The notes under the pieces: model-generated
The model's input: only the letters and a program-made list of their open reading frames with translations
What the model was told of the DNA's origin: nothing
Databases searched by the model: none
Source: Clostridia bacterium
GTDB taxonomy: Bacteria; Bacillota; Clostridia; Christensenellales; UBA1242
Length of the DNA: 43,632 bases
NCBI GenBank assembly: GCA_045598865.1
Contig: JAZRVA010000025.1
Span: 1-43,632 of the forward strand
Reading direction: 5' to 3'
In this document: in pieces, positions 36,653 through 43,632 of the stretch
Numbering within the stretch: position 1 is the stretch's first letter
How the letters are laid out: every line of letters begins with the position of its first letter
Program-made: the position numbers and the translations under genes

Positions 36653-36728
36653 GGGCCACTAGCTCAGTTGGTAGAGCAACTGACTCTTAATCAGTGGGTC
36701 CGGGGTTCGAGTCCCCGGTGGCCCACCA
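36653..36728 (+). tRNA. tRNA-Lys (anticodon CTT), CCA encoded
   Basis: Cloverleaf: acceptor GGGCCAC/GTGGCCC, anticodon loop CTCTTAA, T arm CGGGG-TTCGAGT-CCCCG. Confidence 0.92.
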
Positions 36729-36761
36729 AAAAACAAGGTTAAAATTTAACCTTGTTTTTTT
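36729..36761. terminator. Bidirectional intrinsic terminator
   Basis: AAACAAGGTT / AACCTTGTTT flanked by A- and T-runs, between tRNA-Lys and the convergent phosphatase-like gene. Confidence 0.7.
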
Positions 36762-36773
36762 ATTTTGTTATTT

Positions 36774-37259
36774 TTAATTAAATGAGGACTCGTCGATGTC
36801 GAAAACTAGGGGACAACAATTTGGAACGCCAATATATGCAGCATTTTTACTTGGTTTTTGCTTATTAGCAAGACTTATGAAGGCGGCCACATTGACTCCA
36901 CTAGTTACACAGATTGCGGCCTCCTGATTTTTGTGGTCTTTTACCGCGTCTTTTATGCAATCCCTTACTCTTTTTTGCAAATCTAACCAAGACTCATTTG
37001 GAACGCTGCCCTTTTCGTTTAATCTTTGGTCGAAAACAATGGGCAATTTTAACCTTTTATTAATAATTTTTGCTGTTTTTGCACATCGCAAAAAGGGTGA
37101 TGAATAGATTGTTTTAATTGTCATTCCCGCTTTTTTGGCATTATACAATAACTTTTCCACCAGTTTTGCATCTTTTGTGCCCAACCTTGTTATATCGTCA
37201 TTTTTACTTGGCGGGTTGCCCTTTTTTCTATTTGCATGGTGTATGTAAATAATTTTCAT
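36774..37259 (-). CDS. Histidine-phosphatase-superfamily-like protein (divergent catalytic motifs)
   Basis: 161 aa. SSPFLRCAKTAKII matches the family core. However, the N-terminal RHG reads HHA and the C-terminal SHG-like site reads TSG. Confidence 0.45.
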   Translation of the reverse strand: MKIIYIHHANRKKGNPPSKNDDITRLGTKDAKLVEKLLYNAKKAGMTIKTIYSSPFLRCAKTAKIINKRLKLPIVFDQRLNEKGSVPNESWLDLQKRVRDCIKDAVKDHKNQEAAICVTSGVNVAAFISLANKQKPSKNAAYIGVPNCCPLVFDIDESSFN

Positions 37260-37462
37260 TTTTCACCTTGATTTATGATTTTTTCACACAAAAATTAATT
37301 GTTTTTTACTTTTATTGTAGTGTTTGCGAAGCATGATATATTGTTTTTATCTAGAACAAGTTTAACTCTCTGTTTAAATCTCTTTTATAACTTGATTTTT
37401 TGTTTTTCTTCCTTCCATTTTTTATTCTCCTTTTAAAATTAATGGTTTATCATAAGTGTATA

Positions 37463-37918
37463 TTAAATAATAGTAAGTTGGATTTTCCTTTCGGGGTCGG
37501 TTTCCACCACTGTATCGGGCAGGGCAATTTTTTCTAGGTCTGTTGTAATTTGATAAATTCTTAATTCGAACAACTGGTCGGTCTCACTCTTAACCACATT
37601 AAATGACTGGATTCCGCCCATTTTGTTAATTTCCGAACCTGTTGTTCGGTCATAACCAATTCCCCTTGCACCCCAAGTTGGATTTGTTAAATTTTTAAAT
37701 TCTATTAACGGGGTGTCATATCTAGTGAACGCCGGGTCGGGAGTTAGGATTACATTTATTGTGCTTTTGCCAAAATATGCATTTACACTTGAAAAATATG
37801 CCTTGGTTGGAATATTTTGAGTTTTAACAACATTCTCTCCGTCTGAAATAATAGGCGAAAATATTTTGCTAAAAACGGGGAGTGCACGGTGTTTTGAATT
37901 GTGGCCGTGGCCACGCAC
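37463..37918 (-). CDS. Orphan ORF, possibly the 3' remnant of a decayed gene
   Basis: 151 codons are open from a GTG with no SD, and there is no in-frame ATG until codon 109. Codon style is visibly different from the neighbours (CCG, TCG, CGA, GAC). I recognise no motif. Confidence 0.3.
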   Translation of the reverse strand: MRGHGHNSKHRALPVFSKIFSPIISDGENVVKTQNIPTKAYFSSVNAYFGKSTINVILTPDPAFTRYDTPLIEFKNLTNPTWGARGIGYDRTTGSEINKMGGIQSFNVVKSETDQLFELRIYQITTDLEKIALPDTVVETDPERKIQLTII

Positions 37919-38294
37919 AAAAACATAAATGAAGACATAAGACGCAAATTGATTTTTGAGTTTTGTGTTTTTTTATCCTTTACAGCGCTTATATTTTGAT
38001 TATTCTTGTTTGTAACTCTAACATTTTGTTTAGATTTTTAAGTTTCTATAAAAGTTGGGTTTTGCAAAAAATTGTTTACGTATTGCTTGTTGTGTTGCCC
38101 ATTACGTTATTGTTTAGATAATTTTTTATTCTTTCAAAATTCTGCTCTGTTTGGGGGACAAAATTTAATTCTTTATTATTTTCTTCTATGTTTTTTATAA
38201 TTTTACTCCCCCTTTTAATGGTTTTATTATAACACACGCACAAAAAACCCAAAATTATTTTATTAATATTTTTAAAAGTTACACGTTTTTATAA

Positions 38295-38326
38295 TAAAAA
38301 AACACCCAAAATTGGGTGTTTTTTTA
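38295..38326. terminator. Intrinsic terminator downstream of thrS
   Basis: AAAAAAACACCCA, 4-nt loop, TGGGTGTTTTTTT. Confidence 0.75.
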
Positions 38327-38348
38327 CTTAAAGTTGTTTATTTCCTTC

Positions 38349-40109
38349 TTACTTTAAATTTTTTACTTCTTTTTTTAATCTGGCAATAAAATCTTCTAGC
38401 TTTATGTTTGAGGCACTCTCATTTCTTCTGCCTCTTATAGAAATTGTGTCCGTTTCCTTTTCGCCATTGCCAACAATAATCATATATGGCACCTTGTAGT
38501 TGGCACATTCCCTGATTTTATAACCAATTTTTTCGTTTCTTGAATCCAATTTGCTTCTAAAACCACTTTCTAAAAGTTTTTGGTTTATTTGTTCTGCATA
38601 ATCCAAACTTTCGTCTGTAATGTTCATAACCCTTATTTGTTCTGCCGACATCCAAAGTGGCAGTGCACCCGCATATTTTTCTATTAAATATGCAAGGGTT
38701 CTTTCGTAACAGCCAAGCGAAGTTCTGTGAATAATGTATGGCAATTTCTTTTGGCCGTCTGCATCGTTATAATACATTTCAAACCTTTCGGCAATTTGAA
38801 AGTCTATTTGAATGGTTATAATTGTATCTTCTTTGCCAAAAACGTTTTTAATTTGAATATCAAGTTTTGGCCCATAAAAGGCAGCTTCACCATCTGCCTC
38901 GTAGAAGTCTACATGCAAATCGTTTAAAATTTTGCGCATTTCGCCTTGAACTTTTTCCCACTGTTCTTTTGAACCTATATATTTTTCTTTGTTATTCTCG
39001 TCCCATTTTGAAAATCTGAAAGTTACATCTTCGTAAAGACCCAAAACTTTTAACATATAGGTTGCCAAGTCTAGGCAGCCCTTAAACTCTTCTTCCAGTT
39101 GGTCTGGACGCACCATTAAGTGTCCCTCTGAAATTGTGAATTGCCTTACACGAATTAACCCGTGGCACTCGCCGCTGGCCTCATTTCTAAACAAAGTGGA
39201 AGTTTCGCCCAGTCTCATTGGCAAGTCTTTATAAGACCTTGGCCTGTTAAGATAAACTTGGTATTGAAAAGGGCAAGTCATTGGCCTTAGGCAAAAAACT
39301 TCTTTATCTTTTTGCTCGTCACCCAAAACAAACATTGAATCTTTATAATGATCCCAGTGGCCAGAAATTTTGAACAAATCGTTTTTGCTCATAAAAGGGG
39401 TTTTGGTTAAAAGGTAACCCCTTCTTTCTTCTTCATCTTCCACAAATCTTTGCAAAATTTGAATTGTTTTTGCCCCTCTTGGAAGCATTATTGGCAAACC
39501 CTGACCGATATAATCAACTGTTGTAAAAAACTCTAATTCTCTGCCAAGTTTATTGTGATCCCTCTTTTTTGCCTCTTCAACTTTTAAAATATGATCGTTA
39601 AGTTGTTTTTTGTCTGGAAAAGCATAAACATAAATTCTCTGCAACATTTTATTTTTTTCGTTTCCACGCCAATAGGCACCGCTTAATCTGTTAATTTTAA
39701 ATGCATAAGATTGCAAGTTTGCAGTATTTTCCACGTGAGGGCCACGGCATAAATCCACAAAATCATCGCCCAAATAATAACAGCTGATTGTTTCGTTCTC
39801 TGGCAAATCGTTTATAAGTTCCACTTTGTATGGTTCGTCTTTAAAAAGGTTTAATGCTTCCTCTCTTGAAATTTCCACCCTTTTAAAAGGTTGGTTTTGC
39901 TTGATAATTTCTTTCATTTTATTTTCGATTTTTTCAAACTCATTTTGAGAAAGTTTGTCACAATCAAAATCATAATAAAAGCCATCTTCTATCGCAGGAC
40001 CTATGGCCAATTTTACTGTTTTGCCATACAAATCTTTAACGGCTTTTGCAAGAACATGGGCAAGGCCGTGCCTACAAACTTTAATTTTTTCTTCTTTTTC
40101 GTTTTCCAT
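38349..40109 (-). CDS. thrS: Threonine--tRNA ligase (no N-terminal TGS domain)
   Basis: Contains RHGLAHVLA...IEDGFYYDF, FRNEASGECHGLIRVRQFT and HRTSLGCYERTLAYLIEKYAGALPLW. I chose the start at 40109 because AAAGGAGAA lies upstream; the track start is 40130. Confidence 0.9.
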   Translation of the reverse strand: MENEKEEKIKVCRHGLAHVLAKAVKDLYGKTVKLAIGPAIEDGFYYDFDCDKLSQNEFEKIENKMKEIIKQNQPFKRVEISREEALNLFKDEPYKVELINDLPENETISCYYLGDDFVDLCRGPHVENTANLQSYAFKINRLSGAYWRGNEKNKMLQRIYVYAFPDKKQLNDHILKVEEAKKRDHNKLGRELEFFTTVDYIGQGLPIMLPRGAKTIQILQRFVEDEEERRGYLLTKTPFMSKNDLFKISGHWDHYKDSMFVLGDEQKDKEVFCLRPMTCPFQYQVYLNRPRSYKDLPMRLGETSTLFRNEASGECHGLIRVRQFTISEGHLMVRPDQLEEEFKGCLDLATYMLKVLGLYEDVTFRFSKWDENNKEKYIGSKEQWEKVQGEMRKILNDLHVDFYEADGEAAFYGPKLDIQIKNVFGKEDTIITIQIDFQIAERFEMYYNDADGQKKLPYIIHRTSLGCYERTLAYLIEKYAGALPLWMSAEQIRVMNITDESLDYAEQINQKLLESGFRSKLDSRNEKIGYKIRECANYKVPYMIIVGNGEKETDTISIRGRRNESASNIKLEDFIARLKKEVKNLK

Positions 40110-40128
40110 AATTTTTCTCCTTTTACAC

Positions 40129-40345
40129 AAAAAAAACGCCCTTTACTATAAAGCATAGTAAAGGACGATTGTTGGTCGTGGTTCCACCTTTATTCAAAGT
40201 GCTATTGCGCTTTCTCTTGTGTTTTACGATAAATCATTGTTAAAGTGGTTTCACGGTTTGATTGATTTTTAAGTCTTTCACCAAAATGACTTTTTCTCTT
40301 TGCAAATCAAGCAAGGCTACTTGTCTTTAACTATTAAGAATAAAA
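40129..40345 (-). promoter_or_regulatory. T-box riboswitch leader, threonine specifier (ACC)
   Basis: Read on the minus strand. The Stem I base is GTTAAAG...CTTTAAC, with GAA-ACC-A just 5' of the closing strand. AGAGA motifs are present. The T-box sequence is AAAGGTGGAACCACGA. The terminator is CGTCCTTTACTAT-GCTT-ATAGTAAAGGGCG followed by T8, and it ends 8 nt before the thrS SD. Confidence 0.8.
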
Positions 40346-40353
40346 CTATTTTT

Positions 40354-40381
40354 AGTTTACAACAAAAAAATTTTTTGTCAA
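40354..40381 (-). promoter_or_regulatory. Promoter for the T-box/thrS transcript
   Basis: On the minus strand: TTGACA, 16-nt spacer, TAAACT. Confidence 0.45.
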
Positions 40382-40448
40382 TGGTATTTAACACTTTTTT
40401 GATTTTTATTGTTTTGTTTTAACCAAAATTATAATTATTGTTATTTTT

Positions 40449-41339
40449 TTATTGTTTATAAGAAACTTCTATTTCTTGCGTTTTGTCATATTTTCTAAGG
40501 GCAGTTGTGTATGTGTTTTTAAGTAGCATTGCAATTGTCATAGGCCCCACTCCGCCTGGAACTGGGGTAATTAAACTTGCCTTTTTGCTAACTTCCTGGA
40601 AATCAACATCTCCGCACAGTTTTTTTGTTTCAAAATTTCTGTTTATGCCAACATCAATTACAATTGCACCTTCTTTTACCATGTCGGCGGTTAAAAATTT
40701 TTCTTTGCCAACGGCCACAACCACAATATCGGCAGACAAAGTTTTTTGTTTTAAATCTTTTGTTTTGCTGTGGCACATTGTAACGGTTGCGTTTTCGGCA
40801 AGTAGCATAAGATACAACGGCTTACCGACCAACAAACTGCGGTTTATTATTACAACATCTTTGCCTTTTATTTCCACATTATATTTTTTTAGTAATTCCA
40901 CAATTCCGCTTGGGGTGCAGCCATACAACCCCGTTGGGTCGTTTGACAAGAGTTTGCCAAGGTTGATTTTAGTTAGACCGTCCACGTCTTTTTCTGGCGA
41001 AATTAAATCTATCATTTTATGTGAGTCTATATGAGGTGGAACTGGCAATTGAAGCAATATGCCATCTACTGTATTGTCTTTATTTAAAGTTTTAATAACA
41101 TTCGCCACTTCTTCCTCGGTGGAATCTTCATTCATGTTATAAATTTGAGAAGCAATACCAACTTGGGCACATGCCTTTGCCTTGCCAGCAACATACACCT
41201 GGCTTGCTGGATCATTGCCAACAATAATAACAACAAGTTTTGGCGCTCTTCTTTTTTTTGCATAGAAATTGGTTTCTATGTCTTGTTTCAAGCTTTCTTT
41301 AATTTCAAAGGCAGTTTGTGTGCCGTTTATAATTTCCAT
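40449..41339 (-). CDS. folD: Bifunctional methylenetetrahydrofolate dehydrogenase/cyclohydrolase
   Basis: Contains YVAGKAKA, VVIINRSLLVGKPL and PVPGGVGPMTIAML. Confidence 0.92.
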   Translation of the reverse strand: MEIINGTQTAFEIKESLKQDIETNFYAKKRRAPKLVVIIVGNDPASQVYVAGKAKACAQVGIASQIYNMNEDSTEEEVANVIKTLNKDNTVDGILLQLPVPPHIDSHKMIDLISPEKDVDGLTKINLGKLLSNDPTGLYGCTPSGIVELLKKYNVEIKGKDVVIINRSLLVGKPLYLMLLAENATVTMCHSKTKDLKQKTLSADIVVVAVGKEKFLTADMVKEGAIVIDVGINRNFETKKLCGDVDFQEVSKKASLITPVPGGVGPMTIAMLLKNTYTTALRKYDKTQEIEVSYKQ

Positions 41340-41465
41340 TTTTTAAAATCCTTTTTGTTTGTGTATTTTTACTTTTAAAAGTTTAACACATAAAAAAGTT
41401 AAAGTTAAATGTTTTGTGTTGCATTTGCTTTGTGATAAAATATCAAAAACTTGGGAGATTGTTAA

Positions 41466-42701
41466 ATGATTAAAAAACAAAAATTGTCTAAGCAAGACGG
41501 TGAAGTTTGGCAATATATTTGCGAAGAAAAACAAAGGCAGTTTGAGCATTTGGAGTTGATTGCAAGTGAGAACTATGTGAGCACTGCGGTTTTAGAGGCG
41601 GCTGGCAGCATTTTAACCAACAAATATGCAGAGGGTTACCCAGGCAAAAGGTATTATGGCGGGTGCAAGTTTGTTGACAAGATAGAAAGTTTGGCAATAG
41701 AACGCTTAAAAAAACTTTTTGGTTGTGAGCATGCAAACGTTCAACCTCACAGTGGAGCAAACGCAAACTTGGCTGTTTACGCGGCTCTTTTAAAACCTGG
41801 CGACACCATTATGGGGCTTAACCTTTCGGAAGGTGGACACTTGACGCATGGTTCGAAGGCAAACTTCTCGGGTAAAATTTACAACAGCGTTTGTTATGGC
41901 GTTGACGAAAATGGTTTTCTTGATTACAAACAAATAAGAAAGTTGGCAAAAGAACACAAGCCAAAACTTATTATGGCTGGGGCAAGTGCTTACAGTAGAA
42001 AAATTAATTTTAAAAAGTTTAGAAAAATTGCAGATGAGGTTGGGGCATATTTGGTGGTTGACATGGCACACATTGCTGGACTTGTAGCTGCAAAACTTCA
42101 CCCTTCGCCTGTACCATATGCAGACGTGGTAACCTCCACCACACACAAAACGTTGCGCGGGCCAAGGGGTGGAATTATTTTGTGCAAGGAAGAACTTGCA
42201 AAAAAAATTGACGGGGCTGTTTTTCCTGGCACGCAAGGAGGGCCACTGGAACACATTATTTGTGCTAAGGCGGTTAGTTTTGGAGAGGCTTTAACGCCAA
42301 GTTTTAAAAAATATCAAAAACAGATTATTAAAAATGCAAAGACACTAAGTGGCAGACTACTTGAAAACGGAATAAACCTTGTTAGTGGTGGAACAGATAA
42401 TCATTTAATGTTAATAGACTTGAGTGGGTTAGATATAACCGGCAAGGATTTGGAAGAAATGCTTGAAAAAGCAAATATTTCCGCAAACAAAAACACCGTG
42501 CCAAATGAAAAAAGGTCACCTTTTATTACAAGTGGATTAAGAATTGGAACGCCGGCAGTTACAACCCGCGGCATGAAAGAAAAAGAAATGATTGTTATTG
42601 CAGACGTAATAACGGATATAATAAAAAACAAGGAAGAAGCAATAGAAAGAAGCAAACAAAAAGTAAGTGAACTTTGCAAAAACTTTCCTGTATATAAATA
42701 A
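41466..42701 (+). CDS. glyA: Serine hydroxymethyltransferase
   Basis: Contains [22 protein letters not shown] and [14 protein letters not shown] (PLP lysine). Confidence 0.93.
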   Translation: MIKKQKLSKQDGEVWQYICEEKQRQFEHLELIASENYVSTAVLEAAGSILTNKYAEGYPGKRYYGGCKFVDKIESLAIERLKKLFGCEHANVQPHSGANANLAVYAALLKPGDTIMGLNLSEGGHLTHGSKANFSGKIYNSVCYGVDENGFLDYKQIRKLAKEHKPKLIMAGASAYSRKINFKKFRKIADEVGAYLVVDMAHIAGLVAAKLHPSPVPYADVVTSTTHKTLRGPRGGIILCKEELAKKIDGAVFPGTQGGPLEHIICAKAVSFGEALTPSFKKYQKQIIKNAKTLSGRLLENGINLVSGGTDNHLMLIDLSGLDITGKDLEEMLEKANISANKNTVPNEKRSPFITSGLRIGTPAVTTRGMKEKEMIVIADVITDIIKNKEEAIERSKQKVSELCKNFPVYK

Positions 42702-42711
42702 AAAATTAAAG

Positions 42712-42742
42712 AAAAAAACACCAAAAATTTGGTGTTTTTTTT
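42712..42742. terminator. Bidirectional intrinsic terminator
   Basis: AAAAAAACACCA / TGGTGTTTTTTTT between the convergent glyA and SDR genes. Confidence 0.7.
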
Positions 42743-42755
42743 GTTTTTTTAATTT

Positions 42756-43598
42756 TTAAAACAAATCTGAAAAACTATCGTCTTTGCTTTTTTTAAAAAT
42801 ATTGAGCAAAACTCCCGACATTTTTGTGTTTGAAAAAATTTTTAACAGTTTTAATAATTTACTGTCTAATCCAATAACTTTATACATCTTCTTTTTGATA
42901 GTTAATTTTATTATTTTGTTGGCAATTTTTTGGGAAGATGCGCCAAATTTGTTTACAACCTTTTGTGCGGTTGCGCCCGTTAAAATATTTTTTGGGTTAT
43001 CTTTTGAATAAAATATATTTGTTTTTGTAAGACCCGGCAAGTAGGTTCCTATGAAATATTTTTTCTTTTGCTCGGAAGCAGCTATTAAAGAAAGTTTTGT
43101 TGCAGCCGCCTTTGAAGCAGAATAAACAGCCTGCCCTGGTATTAAATAACTTGCAGATGAACTGGTTATGTTTATAATGCCGCAAGGTGTATTTGACTTT
43201 TCAAAATAATCGTTGAAGGTGGACAAACAATAATATATTGAATAAAAATTTGTGTTTAAAACTCTCTCCACTTCTTCATTTGTTGTTTTTGTGGCCTTTA
43301 TAAATGGCAACATTGTTCCAGCATTATTAAAAACCAAACTTGCAGAATGCTGTTTTGCAAGTTTTAAAATTTTTTGCCAGTCTTCTTTTTTAGAGACATC
43401 TGCAGCACATGGCAAAAAATAATTTTTTGCTACCAAATTTTCAATCTCTTTTTGTGTTTGCAACAATTTTTGCTCTGTTCTTGCAACGGCAATAACTTGG
43501 CAGTTATATTTTAAAATTAAATTTTTGGCCAGTTCCTTTCCTATGCCACTAGAAGCACCGGTTACAATGACACACTTATTATCTATCCAACTTTTCAT
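42756..43598 (-). CDS. Short-chain dehydrogenase/reductase (SDR) family oxidoreductase
   Basis: Contains VTGASSGIGKELA and YSASKAA (Y-x3-K). There is no SD; TATAAT lies 6 nt upstream of the ATG. Confidence 0.8.
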   Translation of the reverse strand: MKSWIDNKCVIVTGASSGIGKELAKNLILKYNCQVIAVARTEQKLLQTQKEIENLVAKNYFLPCAADVSKKEDWQKILKLAKQHSASLVFNNAGTMLPFIKATKTTNEEVERVLNTNFYSIYYCLSTFNDYFEKSNTPCGIINITSSSASYLIPGQAVYSASKAAATKLSLIAASEQKKKYFIGTYLPGLTKTNIFYSKDNPKNILTGATAQKVVNKFGASSQKIANKIIKLTIKKKMYKVIGLDSKLLKLLKIFSNTKMSGVLLNIFKKSKDDSFSDLF

Positions 43599-43632
43599 AT
43601 TTTAATTATATAATTTTGTTTTTATTTTAAAA

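Noticed and set aside
37374-37418. The 14-codon mini-ORF (MEGRKTKNQVIKEI) as an attenuation leader peptide for the downstream phosphatase-like gene.
   Set aside because: It has no run of regulatory codons, and I could not identify alternative terminator and antiterminator hairpins between it and the gene. I keep it only as part of the odd-island finding.
38295-38326. Near-identical terminators at 38295-38326 (AAACACCCAAAATTGGGTGTTT) and 42712-42742 (AAACACCAAAAATTTGGTGTTT) as members of a dispersed repeat family.
   Set aside because: There are only two copies and they are short. Both sit exactly where terminators are needed, so similarity of simple A-run/stem/T-run hairpins is more plausibly convergent.
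1-43632. A mobile element, prophage, defence island or CRISPR-Cas locus anywhere in the window.
   Set aside because: I could recognise no integrase, transposase, recombinase, terminal inverted repeats, cas genes, restriction-modification genes or nuclease/ATPase defence-type genes. The tRNA genes are not flanked by direct repeats of their 3' ends.

Overview
AT-rich bacterial chromosome segment that looks Firmicutes/Clostridia-like: it has a T-box leader, a yabP-yabQ sporulation pair, GGAGG-type Shine-Dalgarno (SD) sites, and TGA used as a stop codon. I support about 40 protein genes, 2 tRNAs (Val-GAC, Lys-CTT), one T-box riboswitch, and several intrinsic terminators and sigma-70-like promoters. 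The content is mostly housekeeping. It includes lipid and isoprenoid genes (PAP2 phosphatase, polyprenyl synthase), galE, and a heterodimeric ABC exporter. A dut / CNNM-CBS / DUF1015 / tex operon lies on the minus strand. Also present are pyk, folD and glyA, and a concentration of translation and tRNA-modification genes (valS, thrS, rsmD, ttcA-like, queH, VUT/YhhQ-like transporter). I found no CRISPR array, no transposase, integrase or phage genes, and no recognisable defence system, so I cannot name a clear novel system. The best second-look candidates are as follows. (1) A three-gene membrane module at 19019-21607: a TM protein, an SPFH/YdjI-like protein with two zinc ribbons, and a YdjG-like zinc-ribbon membrane protein, with no pspA. 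(2) A roughly 1.1-kb low-coding, compositionally odd island at 37260-38348, containing an orphan SD-less ORF and orphaned translation signals. (3) A recurring '-10 box, 6 nt, ATG' layout at every SD-less gene, which suggests leaderless mRNAs. (4) A frameshifted amidohydrolase-like gene coupled to an orphan ORF. (5) A monocistronic 343-aa orphan gene. (6) An unlisted 52-aa YjzC-like gene. All family assignments come from motif reading by eye; no searches were run.
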